Of a stretch of 64,000 nucleotides of DNA, positions 46,901 through 57,772 are shown in pieces (the stretch's first letter is position 1; each line of letters begins with the position of its first letter). Made by a program: the position numbers and the translations under genes. The DNA is from Azolla caroliniana (Eukaryota > Plantae > Polypodiophyta), in the NCBI GenBank assembly GCA_043228905.1, contig JBHGNT010000020.1, positions 7,068,001 to 7,132,000 on the forward strand, read 5' to 3'. Under the pieces are notes generated by a model. That model ran no database searches, was not told where the DNA came from, and saw only the letters and a program-made list of their open reading frames with translations.

Positions 46901-48945
46901 CCCACATAGATGTCCGACTACCAATATTTCTTCTTGCCCGAATGCCGATTTCTCACCGAAAGTGTTAGCTGCACATCTTCTAATTTTTGAACCACTTTCT
47001 CGCAATCATGAATATGGTCGACTACGAACTTTCGGCATCCCCGATCATCCATAGTTTCATCTTTTTCTTCTACCGCGCATCCTTTCATTGGAATGTCATC
47101 TAGGAACGGCATCGTTATCTCTGGAATGCAGTCCCGGAGCACCTTGTTCATTGCATTCATCATATGTGCGACCGAGTTTGTTGTGCCTTGTGGTAGTGTG
47201 CACATACGGACTAATCCTATAGGTGTCCACATGCTAGTGATGTCTCCTCTCTCCACGGCTAGTTGGAATTGGTCATATCCGGAGTATAGGTCTCCGATGG
47301 AGTATATCGCGCGACCGGCAAATGCTTCCGCAAATTCGTCCACTATTGGACCGACTCCGGAGTTCCGGATCGTGACCTTGTTCACCAGTTGCAAATCTTG
47401 AATAAATTGGAGTGACCCATTCTTCTTCGGAACTGTAAACCATCGATTTGAGTACGGAGCGTTTGATGGCTCTAGAATCCCCATCGCCACCTTCTCCTTG
47501 AGCAAGTCGATGATTTTGGGAATATGCGCCCGCGGCACCGGAATCGGCTTCAGGTTCCACGGCACATGGTCAATCGTGAAGATCACCATCGACTCCACTA
47601 TCTTCGGATCAATGCACCCTATCTCCTTCAAAGTGAATGCAAATGCTTCCCCAAGTTGTTCCAACATCCCTCGGAATCGTTCTTCTTCATTTTGTAAAAG
47701 GAAACCACCTCCACCAATCCGAAGTTTCTTTCGGGTCTCATCCATGAAGGCATGTCCAATATCCACGGACTTCTGAAGTGTCGGATCTTCCGAGACTTCT
47801 TTCCTCTTTTGTTCGCTATCGGCGGGTAGTGGTCCTGCGGCCGGTTTCACCTTCTTCTCCATGGTCTTGTATTTCGTACTTACCATTGCTTCTTCTTTGC
47901 GGAGCGCATCCGGCCCCATTTTCACAATGATCTCGTACATCTCGACCGATTCCACCGGGACTACCCGGTCTCCCTGGCTTGTATCTTTCACGAGCTCTTC
48001 AAGCCGTTGTAGCGTGCTCCCATAGAACATTTCTTCAACTATTCCCACGATTTCTTCATCTTCTTTTATTATTGATGCCGACCGTAACTTATCCTCCACT
48101 TTTCGGTATTCTTTCTTCATTCCTCTGGTTACGGCCGTGTACGTAGACGGCCGTACTTGTTTTGCTCCGAGAGTTTTCTTCCTGTGTAGGGTATCAGGGC
48201 TTCTCGGACTATCACTTCCCCACTCCGCAACAGTCCGCTCTAAAAATCCATCCTTGTTTGGGACAAGAGCTCTCTCTTGTTCCTTTCATGATTTGCCAAC
48301 ACATTTAGGAATTGGACGGATTTCCCTCCGTTTTGGCTCCGAATTCGTGCGAAAGCCGCACCGCTATCGAGCACCTTTGTCTCCATCCGTGAAGCCGTGA
48401 TAAAGGGTTGCCCGAGGATCACGGAATGTGCAACCTCGTCTTGTACGAAGAAATTTTGGTCGATCTCGACATCCCCGATCTTCACCGTCACATCCGGACA
48501 AGCCGCAAATAGATCTTTTGTTGCTTTAGTGGCCGCCCAGATCTTCTATCCATGATTGGTGTTAATAGGCCACTTCCCCTTCCGGTAGAACTCTTTGGAC
48601 ATCAAATTGATCTCCGATCCATGATCAATCAATGCTAGCACGGGCTCTTTGATGTTGCCAATTCGGACCGGAGTCTCCGTAGTTGCACGCGCCCAGTGTG
48701 GCTTTGTATAGTGGGAATTCGGAATCTCGTCCTCCACTTCGGTGTCGTTCATCAGAACGGTATTTGCATTGACCATCGGCGCATTTTCCTCTGTAGTTTG
48801 TCTTTTTCTTTTTACAAGATCCACAAGAAGATCATAGAACTCTTTTTTGGCTATTCCGAGTAGTTCCCGAAGCGAAAACTCTACCCGGATGTCAAGAATT
48901 CTCTCCTCGAACACCTTTTTCAAGTCCGTTTGTTGTTCGATGTCC
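43948..48945 (-). mobile_element. Truncated non-chromovirus Gypsy E (same lineage as element H)
   Basis: Protease LIDHGSEIN. RT ORF 46918-48120 (YSNRWFTVPKKNGSL, PFLDDIP). RNase H 45908-46813. Integrase 45281-45898. Partial 3' LTR at about 43948-45330. The 5' LTR and most of gag are deleted. Confidence 0.88.
44371..45191 (-). mobile_element. Copia-family solo LTR inserted in the LTR of Gypsy E
   Basis: TGTCGGGA...TCCCAACA ends. TSD GTTAG (44366-44370 and 45192-45196). About 58-bp internal tandem repeats at about 44830-45100. Confidence 0.93.
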
Positions 48946-49107
48946 GAGAGTGTGGACCGGTAAGGAAGTGTCTTACTGGCATATGAAGGTTTTTGGGTGT
49001 CGCGCTTACATGCATGTTGCAAAGGACCGGAGAGCAAAGTTGGATCCAAAGTCCCGAGCTTGCATATTACTCGGATACGGCGATGATGAGTTCTTCTACT
49101 TAGTGTG

Positions 49108-49764
49108 TGTTAGGAAACAGGTCCCTCCGGATGGGAAGTGAGAAGAACAGTACTGAGAAACCGGATGTGGAGTACCTGAGATGAGCCAGATGGTGTAGAC
49201 CCGATGAGAACCGGATGAGGAGTACCCGGCAATGGAAGACCCGGTGAGAACCGGATGATGAGTACTCGGCAAGAGCCGGATGGCGAAGGTCCGGTGAGAA
49301 GCGCTCACCGGATGAAGGGACATATTCGTAAATATGTTTCTGAGAGTCCATCGGGGCTATATGTGTAAATAGCCGAAAAGTCATATTAGTATAAATATGA
49401 CTTAGGGCAAACTCTTTTAGCGTGGTGGTTGTCATTCTTGTTGGCGCAAGATTAGAGCGTGCAACTGTGTACAGAGAGAGTGAGAGAGAGGAAGAGGTCG
49501 TTGCCTCTGATTGTAACCGCCGCTTGTGGTGAAGATAGCAAGCTCGAGGTCGTGGCCTTGGTGCTTTCTTATTGTACATTCTGATATAGTGATAGTTTGC
49601 GGTTTGTGGGCTGCCGTGGTTTTTCCCGAGTTTGGGTTTTCCACTTAAACATCCTGTGTACTCTTCTCTCTATCGTGTTGTGCTTTCATTCCCTATTTTC
49701 TATGTTTTATTCTAGGCTCAGTTGTGGCCGAACGTTGTTCATCGGGAGCGTGTAGTTCCTGTCA
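49108..49764 (+). mobile_element. Copia-family solo LTR inserted in the integrase of Copia D
   Basis: TGTTAGGAA...TTCCTGTCA ends. TSD GTGTG (49103-49107 and 49765-49769). Confidence 0.93.
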
Positions 49765-51086
49765 GTGTGGGATCCGATCGACAAGAAGGTTTTCTGGTGT
49801 CGAGATATTATCTTCATGGAGGACAAGACCCTTGCCGACTAGGAGTCGGAGAAGAAGATAATGAACTCTGAGTTGACCAGTAAGGTTCGGTTCGATGAGA
49901 TACGGACCTACCCGGTTAAGAGCCGGTTGACACTTGAAGAACCAGCCAGTTATCGAGAGGAAACTGAACCGGTAGAAGAAGAAGAGGAAACAAGAACCAG
50001 AACTGGCCAAGATCCCGAATTGGATTCGAATGAAGAACAAACAGAGGAGCCGGTTGTCGGAAACCAAAGATGTAGATATCCTCTTAGAGAGTGAAGGCCC
50101 CCCCTAGACATTTCCGGATGCAGAGAGCGCATGTTGCTAACCGATGAGGGGGAGCCGGAAAGCTTCGAAGAAGCAAAGGAGGACACCCACAACCGCAAGT
50201 GGTTGAGTGCCATGCAGGACGAGATAGATTCCTTCCATGAGAACCACATGTATGAACTGGTGGAGTTGCCAAAAGGAAAGCTAGCACTCCGGAGTAAGTG
50301 GGTGTACAAGTTGAAACCGGGAGATTCCGGCAACCCCCCAAGGTACAAAGCCAGGATCGTGGTGAAGGGCTTCTAGCAGAAGAAGGGAGTGGACTTCGAC
50401 GAGATATTTGCCCCGGTAGTAAAGATGACTTCCATCCGGACGGTGATGAGCATAGCGGCAAGCATGAACCTCGAGGTAGAGCAATTAGACGTAAATACGG
50501 CGTTCCTCCACAACGACCTTCAAGAGGAGATCTACATGCAACAACCGGAGGGATTTGTGAAGAAAGGGAAGGAGCACCTGGTTTGCCGGTTGAAGAAGAG
50601 CCTCTATGGTTTGAAGCAGGCTCCCCGACAATGGTACCGAAAGTTTGACTCCTTCATGACGGATCAAGGATACCACAAGACACAGGTCGATCACTGCATT
50701 GTCGTGAAGATCCGTCACTACGCGCGGATCGTGATGCGGAACCGCCGGGGTTCTAGACCAGAAGGATTTAGAGTCGATACAAGCTTTGGCGAGAAAGTAC
50801 TTAAGATAGATTGGGAAAGAGAGAAGATGAGATTACACGATTGATTTGATAACGAATTTCTTCTTCTTAATTTTCATAAAAAAAATTCGTGTTTTTTCTC
50901 CTCCCCCTTCCCTCTTTTATAGATGCTCTCATGCATATGATGCATGTGAGGGTACAAGACATGCATAAATTGCATGTTTGCCATTTGGCGCTTAAGAATT
51001 ACATGTGGTGCATGCTCACTCATTTTAGCTCTCATGTATGAGAATTTACATGTAAAACTACAATGATAGAAATATAATTTCAACTA

Positions 51087-51160
51087 AATTGCATGGCTTA
51101 ATGGTAAGCCAATTGATTCCTAACTTGGAGGTGCAAGGTTCGAATCCATACTTGCCCTCC
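51087..51160 (+). promoter_or_regulatory. tRNA-derived Pol III A-box/B-box module in the 3' LTR of Gypsy H
   Basis: A-box TGGCTTAATGG at 51094-51104, inside a perfect GGCTT/AAGCC D-stem. B-box GGTTCGAATCC at 51137-51147. tRNA-like spacing. Acceptor and anticodon stems pair poorly. Confidence 0.65.
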
Positions 51161-51800
51161 TTGTATATGTAAATATGTATATATATTTATATATTTATTT
51201 ATCTAGTCGCCGGACGCCGGTTCGCCGGTGCCGTCGCCAGATGCCGGCGCCGGATACTGGTGCCGCCGCCGGATGCCGTCGGTTACCAATGCCGGATGCC
51301 GCCGCCGGATTGCGGTCGGATGCCGTCGGATCATCGGCTCCATCGCCGGTCCGGTTTTGGTTGGCCAAAACCCTTTACGAGTAGCTAGCCACCTCCACTC
51401 TTAGTTCAAGTTACCTTGAACTCTCTATGCTCCACACATAGACACAAAGATAATATCTTTTGCTCCACCTTATATATGATGAGAGCTGTATTTGTCGTGC
51501 CTATGTGGGATATCTCACAATTTTCTCCTTTCCTTTTTCAAACTTTATACCCTCATATCTTGACATTTAGTTGTCCGTTTCTCGTGTAATAAAGTGCATT
51601 CGAAACCTCCATCATTTTGTACTTAGATATTAAAAATGTTATCTTCACAATTATTGTACTACGTGATTCATACTCGATTTCGTACGTTTTATAGGATTTT
51701 CACACTATTGCCGAAAATCTTCACGACATCCACCCCCACCAAACCGCACGTCCTCCGGTACGTGCCAAGAAGAGAAGAAGTGAGATTTTGGCTACGATGA

Positions 51801-54800
51801 TCAATTAGATTCCTCCATGTCTTCATTTTCATCCGGCCTATTATGTTCATCGTCGAGGTAATTGAGGTCAGGATCCTTGTCTTGTCTTTTCTTGAAAAGC
51901 TTTACTCTTTTTCCCGCAATGGGTACGGCCAACCTTGATCCGTCTAGTTCCGCAAGGTAGTATGTGGCATTATCGTTGGCACTTGTCATCACATACGGCC
52001 CGAACCATCTTCTTGCGAACTTCCTTGTTGTACTATGTTGATTGTCAAGGGTGCTGTCGTAAACCAAAACCCAATCCCCTTCTTCAATCTTCTTGGGACG
52101 AAGTCGATGCGTGTTGTCGAACCGAACTTTGTTCTTTACTCGGGCTGCCTTCATCATCTTTTGCGCTTTTTCTAAATCTTCAGGTCTTCTTTCAAGTTGC
52201 CTTATCCGCGCCGCTAATAACTCTTCTCGGCTCATCTCGTTCTCCCATGGTATCGCTACCCATGAGGCGATCGTCCTTTCGATGGGCATAATCGGCTTTT
52301 GTCCATACATAAGCTCTGTCGACATATACCCTGTCACCGAGCTATGTGTCGTTCTATCGGCCCACAAGGCATAGGGTAATAGTTGTGGCCAATTCCCGAC
52401 TTGACCGTTGCATGCCCGTACGATGGCTTTAACGATAGGTCCATGCCCTCGCTCAATCTTCCCATTTGCTTCCGGATTGTAGGCAGTCGTGAGGGAGAGC
52501 TTCACGCCTAGTCTTTCGAAGAGCTCCGTCGCTTCGTGTGCGTCCAACTCCCCTCGGTCGGCCACTATCTTCCCTACACATCCATATCGGCAAACAACAT
52601 CTTCAAGTAAAAATTTACAAACGGCTGAAGTCGTCTTATTTGTCAAGGCTCGTCCTTCCACTTGATTTGTCAAGTCTTCCCTTGCCAGCGCTAAGTACTT
52701 CATTTGTCCCACTCCCATTGGCATCGAGACCAGATCCACCATCCATTTGAAGTGAATAGTGAGTGGGTATGTCGGCTTTAACTCATCACGATGACGTATA
52801 TTTGAATATATTTGGCAAGTTTCACATGTGGACACGAAATGGAGTACATCTTTGTACATGCTTGGCCACCAGTACTTCTCCTTCAATTTTTCGAACGTCA
52901 CCCATGTCCCTCTATGACCTGCCCAAGCACTCTCGTGGAATTCGGTCATCAGCGTCTCTTGCTCTTCTTTCTTTACCACCACTCGACGTGGTATTCCTGT
53001 CCTTCTTTTTGGATGTCGCCAAAGGAATCCTCCCTTCAAGAAGTATCGATAAGCTTTCTTTCGGATTCGTAGGGCCTCCTCCTTTGTCAACGAAGCATCG
53101 GTCGTCAATGTTCTTAGGAATCTACCGATGAGTAACCACTCTCCTTCGTACTCGTTCTCGTTGAAGGCGTGGAGGGTTTGCGTGTCCTGGTCTTCTACCG
53201 ACAATCGAGCCATCTTGAAGAAGTTGAGGGCGACATCTTCATCTTCCGAAACCATGTTACTTCCATTTGAAAATCTTGCCCTCGACAGCATGTCAGCCAT
53301 GGCGTTCTTCTTCCCTGCAATGTGACGGATCTCTGGGTTTAAAGACTTGATGTAGGCGATCCACCTTAGCATAGCAAGATCTGGGGTTGCACATCCCGAG
53401 ATCATTCCGAGAATTGGGAGACAATCTGTCTCTATTATCACTTCTGACCCGATCAGGTAATCTTTGTCTGTCTTCACTGCCGACACAATACCCCAAAGTT
53501 CCCGCTTGACTTGGGCATATCTTTGTTGCCGTTCGCTGAGAACCTTTGCTCCGAACCGGACGGCATATCGCGCATTATCTTCACCTTCTTGATAGATGAC
53601 CCACCCGATTCCGGTTGGGCTCGTATCTACGGTCACGTAAATTGGTTTCCCTTCGGCATAGTCGGCCTTCCTTAGTGCCGGAGCTTCAAGAAGCAGTTTC
53701 TTTAATCTTCGCATCGCCTCTGTGTGCTCGTCTCGCCATTCGAACTTTATTCTTTTCTTTAGTAGTCCATATAACGGTTCGGCGACATGAGCGTAGTGAG
53801 GAATCCATATATGATAAAACGCGCACGCTCCAAGGAACCTTCGAACCTTCGTTTGGTTTTCGCATTCTTCTTTCATGTGTTGGATTGCGTTCACTTTGGA
53901 TGGCGAGGGCTTCCGGCCGTATGCTCCACACAAGTGACCTACCACCAAGATCTCCGGTTGCCCGAATGCGGATTTTTCTCCCGAAAATGTCAAATTCGCA
54001 TCTTCGAGCCTTTGAAGCACCTTCTCGCAATCTTTCATATGATCCGCAACGAACTTTCTACAACCTTCCTTATCTTTCGATTCATCTTTCTCCTCATCCG
54101 AACATCCTTTTATCGGAATATCATCCAAGAATGGCATTGTGATGTCCGGAATGCAATCCTTCAAGACTTTATTCATGGCATTCACCATATGAGCCACCGA
54201 GTTCGTTGCGCCTTGGGGTAAGGTACACATCCGCACAAGCCCGATCGGAGTCCTCATGGTTGTAATGTCCCGACTGTCGATCGCCAACTGGAATTGGTCA
54301 TATCCGGAGTAGAGATCGCCAATGGAGTAGATGGACCGGCCCGCAAACGCTTCGGCAAATTCGTCCACGCTCAGACCGATTCCGGCATTTCGAATTGTCA
54401 CCTTGTTGTCGGGTTGAAGATCTTGGATGAATCGCAATGATCCATTCTTCTTCGGCACCGTGAACCACCTATTGGAATAAGGAGCATTCGACGGTTCTAG
54501 AATTCCCATACTCACCTTCTCCTTTAAGAGCTCGATCAGCTTCGGAAGGTGTGCTCTCGGAACCGGTATCGGTTTCAAATTCCAAGGCACATGAGGCACC
54601 ATGAAGATCACCATTGGCTCTATAACCTTTGGGTCGGCGCATCCGATTTCTCGTGGGAAGAATGCAAAAGCCTTCCCATGTCTCTCAAGCATATCGCGAA
54701 ACATTCGCTCCTCTTCAGGGAGAAGGAAATCCTCCTTTCCAACTCGTAGCTTCCCCTTCGTCTCTTTGGTGAAGTCATGACCTATCTTCTTCGGATCTCT

Positions 54801-55076
54801 TAAGCTTGGATCGTTAGCGACTTCCTTCATCTTTTGCCAGCTATCTTCCGGTAGTGGAACCGCAACTGGCTTGATCTTCTTATCCACCGTTTTATATTTC
54901 GTGTTGATGTCAACTTCCTTCATCGAGATGCCAAGACGGTATTCATCGATGATAGCGTACATGTTGACAGAGTTAACCGAAATCACGCATTGGTTGTGAA
55001 GATAGCTCAAGTCCACGACGTCCTCGATTTCGCTGATGGTGTCGTTAAATGAGGCTTCTTCCATAATATGAGTCAC
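51801..55076 (-). CDS. Gypsy H Pol (RT, RNase H, integrase)
   Basis: 1091-aa open frame: IGDLYSGY, PFLDDIP, VDTSPTGIG, ETDCLP, FHESAWAGH...CETC, WMVDL/ADRGE/KIERGH, WFGPY. The ORF starts at GTG, so it is probably expressed by frameshift. Confidence 0.92.
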   Translation of the reverse strand: MTHIMEEASFNDTISEIEDVVDLSYLHNQCVISVNSVNMYAIIDEYRLGISMKEVDINTKYKTVDKKIKPVAVPLPEDSWQKMKEVANDPSLRDPKKIGHDFTKETKGKLRVGKEDFLLPEEERMFRDMLERHGKAFAFFPREIGCADPKVIEPMVIFMVPHVPWNLKPIPVPRAHLPKLIELLKEKVSMGILEPSNAPYSNRWFTVPKKNGSLRFIQDLQPDNKVTIRNAGIGLSVDEFAEAFAGRSIYSIGDLYSGYDQFQLAIDSRDITTMRTPIGLVRMCTLPQGATNSVAHMVNAMNKVLKDCIPDITMPFLDDIPIKGCSDEEKDESKDKEGCRKFVADHMKDCEKVLQRLEDANLTFSGEKSAFGQPEILVVGHLCGAYGRKPSPSKVNAIQHMKEECENQTKVRRFLGACAFYHIWIPHYAHVAEPLYGLLKKRIKFEWRDEHTEAMRRLKKLLLEAPALRKADYAEGKPIYVTVDTSPTGIGWVIYQEGEDNARYAVRFGAKVLSERQQRYAQVKRELWGIVSAVKTDKDYLIGSEVIIETDCLPILGMISGCATPDLAMLRWIAYIKSLNPEIRHIAGKKNAMADMLSRARFSNGSNMVSEDEDVALNFFKMARLSVEDQDTQTLHAFNENEYEGEWLLIGRFLRTLTTDASLTKEEALRIRKKAYRYFLKGGFLWRHPKRRTGIPRRVVVKKEEQETLMTEFHESAWAGHRGTWVTFEKLKEKYWWPSMYKDVLHFVSTCETCQIYSNIRHRDELKPTYPLTIHFKWMVDLVSMPMGVGQMKYLALAREDLTNQVEGRALTNKTTSAVCKFLLEDVVCRYGCVGKIVADRGELDAHEATELFERLGVKLSLTTAYNPEANGKIERGHGPIVKAIVRACNGQVGNWPQLLPYALWADRTTHSSVTGYMSTELMYGQKPIMPIERTIASWVAIPWENEMSREELLAARIRQLERRPEDLEKAQKMMKAARVKNKVRFDNTHRLRPKKIEEGDWVLVYDSTLDNQHSTTRKFARRWFGPYVMTSANDNATYYLAELDGSRLAVPIAGKRVKLFKKRQDKDPDLNYLDDEHNRPDENEDMEESN

Positions 55077-55093
55077 GAACTCCCCTTCTTCTA

Positions 55094-57244
55094 TTATGTT
55101 CTCACTATTAGGAATTGGACCGATCTTTGGTTGTCAAGACTCTTTATTCGTGCGATGGCTGCTCCATTATCGAACACTTTGGTCTCCATCTGAGATGATG
55201 TGATATAAGGTTGCGCTAGGATGACAGGATGCGACGCCGATTCTTGTACGAAGAAGTGTTGATCCATCTCCACATCCCCGATCGTGACTTTGACATTGGG
55301 ACAAGCTCCGTACAAGTCCTCCGTAGACTTTGTTGCCGCGCAAATCTTCCATCCGTGGTTTGTATTGATTGGCCATCTTCCCTTTTTGTAGAAGTCGGTT
55401 GACATGAGGTTGATCTCCGAGCCGTGGTCGATCAAGGCTACGGCGGTCTCTTTCTTCTCCCCGATCTTCACCGGCGTCTCCGTTGTCGCTCGTGCCCAAT
55501 GAGGTCGAGTGTAGTGGCTGTCCACCATATCTTCATCGATTTCGTCTCTTGCCATCGTTATGGCATTCGTTTTTGCTTTTTGCGGCTTCTCTTCTTCCTC
55601 GTCCGATTGTTGTCTCTTTCTCTTTACAAGGTCCACGATCGTGTCGTGGAACTCCTTCTTCGTAATGCCAAGAAATTCCCTCAAGGACAAAGTTATGTGG
55701 CTATCAAGAACTCGTTCTTCGAGAATCTTCTTTAGGTTCGTCGTCTGCTCTATGTCCGACCTTAGCTTATAGGTAGGTATAGTCCTTGTCCTCCGAGCGA
55801 GGTCTTCGACACCAACCTTCACGGGCCGAACCGTTTCTTCAACTCGTATGCTCGGCTCCCCTTTTTGGCTTGATTCTCGTTCCTCCGTTTGTAAAGGTCG
55901 ACTCGTCTCCGCATCGTCCTTCTTTTTCGCGTTCCTTGTTTCATGTCTTTTTGATGGCCCTTGCTCTTCTATTCTCTTTCTCTTTTCTTCGACGAACACC
56001 TCGTGGTTGTCGCACATCACCTCTGCGAGTATGGTGTTGTCGTCCACCGGATCCGACCACCCGGTTATGCTTTGCACGCTTCGGTCCGCAAGCTCTACCT
56101 CGTTCGATGTGATTTTTCCCTTCTTCTCATATTCGAGAACGGAAGTCCAAAACTTTGCTCCCGCTCTAGCAGCTTCAGTCTTGTCTTTCCCGACTCTTAT
56201 TCCGGCCGACGCAGCATAGTGCATCGCATCCACATGAGTCGCATCGGCATCCTCCATAGATCTCTTCATTCCTCCTCTTCCGAAATTCACCCGTAGGGGT
56301 CTTCTAGTCTCGCTTGAGCAGATCATGTTGTCCTCTATGTATACGATATTTTGTCGAATCGCCTCTCGAAGGCTCGCACAATCCCTTCTCATGTGGTCCA
56401 TGCTATCGCACCACACGCATCTAAAGGGTTCTTTTCCTTTAGGGCCCCGATGATTCATGTTGGCTAGAGTGACCTTCTCGAACTTCTTCGCTAGCTCTTC
56501 AATGATGTCGTCATCAATCTTCTTTTCTTCCACGTTACTTTGTCTTGGCGGCTCAGCTACTTTCGGCGGTCTTGCTTTCTCCGTGGTAGTCGGTCCCGTC
56601 AAGTCGGTGTCATCAACCCATTGGCGATGCTTGTCGAGCCTATTGCATGCCCGCTTCACCGCGATCCAGTCCGCTACGAGCCCATTTGCTTGGGTATCAT
56701 CTTCGAGAAGAGTCCCCAACTCCCGTCTATCCTTTATGTCCACGGCCTTCAAGAAGTACAAAGTCTTGTCCTCTTCAAGCAATACTTGGTCCATATTGGG
56801 GAGACGACTAAACATTTGGTCGAATTCGTCGTACACCCTCGAGACGCTCATCTTCTTATTCTTCTTCTCTATCCACTTCATCAGGGCATGTCGAGTCATC
56901 CTCGTTGAGTCTTCAGTCACGAACTCCGCTAGTATCGTTTTCTCGAACTCGGACCATGTTGTCTTTCCTTCTTGAAGCTCGATGACGCGTCTTTGGATGT
57001 TGTTGGCGACAACTCTCTTGAAGCTTGCGATTTGACGTGCCTCGGACACGTCCCTTTGATTCATCTCCCTCTTATATGCATCAAGGAACTTCGTAACGTT
57101 CCTTCCATCGAATTGGCCCTCGAGCTCTACGACACGATCGACAGCCTTCTCCACGCTCGCGTCGTTGTCCCGAGATCTCATCATTTGCTCGACGATTAGC
57201 ATCATCCTTTCGAGCTCTCCTGCTTGGTTGCTTGAGGACGCCAT
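55094..57244 (-). CDS. Gypsy H Gag-protease
   Basis: First ATG at 57244. CVWCDSMDHMRRDC knuckle. LIDHGSEINLM protease. Confidence 0.9.
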   Translation of the reverse strand: MASSSNQAGELERMMLIVEQMMRSRDNDASVEKAVDRVVELEGQFDGRNVTKFLDAYKREMNQRDVSEARQIASFKRVVANNIQRRVIELQEGKTTWSEFEKTILAEFVTEDSTRMTRHALMKWIEKKNKKMSVSRVYDEFDQMFSRLPNMDQVLLEEDKTLYFLKAVDIKDRRELGTLLEDDTQANGLVADWIAVKRACNRLDKHRQWVDDTDLTGPTTTEKARPPKVAEPPRQSNVEEKKIDDDIIEELAKKFEKVTLANMNHRGPKGKEPFRCVWCDSMDHMRRDCASLREAIRQNIVYIEDNMICSSETRRPLRVNFGRGGMKRSMEDADATHVDAMHYAASAGIRVGKDKTEAARAGAKFWTSVLEYEKKGKITSNEVELADRSVQSITGWSDPVDDNTILAEVMCDNHEVFVEEKRKRIEEQGPSKRHETRNAKKKDDAETSRPLQTEERESSQKGEPSIRVEETVRPVKVGVEDLARRTRTIPTYKLRSDIEQTTNLKKILEERVLDSHITLSLREFLGITKKEFHDTIVDLVKRKRQQSDEEEEKPQKAKTNAITMARDEIDEDMVDSHYTRPHWARATTETPVKIGEKKETAVALIDHGSEINLMSTDFYKKGRWPINTNHGWKICAATKSTEDLYGACPNVKVTIGDVEMDQHFFVQESASHPVILAQPYITSSQMETKVFDNGAAIARIKSLDNQRSVQFLIVRT

Positions 57245-57698
57245 CTCCAAGTATTAATCTTGACTTGATCCTTCCTACCGCCTCTTTCATGTCGGGTTCA
57301 CCACTTAATTATGTCGTGAAGATCCGTCACTACGCGCGGATCGTGATGCGGAACCGCCGGGGTTCTAGACCAGAAGGATTTAGAGTCGATACAAGCTTTG
57401 GCGAGAAAGTACTTAAGATAGATTGAGAAAGAGAGAAGATGAGATTACACGATTGATTTGATAACGAATTTCTTCTTCTTAATTTTCATAAAAAAAATTC
57501 GTGTTTTTTCTCCTCCCCCTTCCCTCTTTTATAGATGCTCTCATGCATATGATGCATGTGAGGGTACAAGACATGCATAAATTGCATGTTTGCCATTTGG
57601 CGCTTAAGAATTACATGTGGTGCATGCTCACTCATTTTAGCTCTCATGTATGAGAATTTACATGTAAAACTACAATGATAGAAATATAATTTCAACTA

Positions 57699-57772
57699 AA
57701 TTGCATGGCTTAATGGTAAGCCAATTGATTCCTAACTTGGAGGTGCAAGGTTCGAATCCATACTTGCCCTCC
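57699..57772 (+). promoter_or_regulatory. tRNA-derived Pol III A-box/B-box module in the 5' LTR of Gypsy H
   Basis: Identical copy: A-box at 57706-57716, B-box at 57749-57759. Confidence 0.65.

Noticed and set aside
51087-51160. Functional tRNA-Arg(CCT) gene
   Set aside because: The acceptor, anticodon and T stems do not pair properly. Only the D-arm and the A/B boxes are intact.
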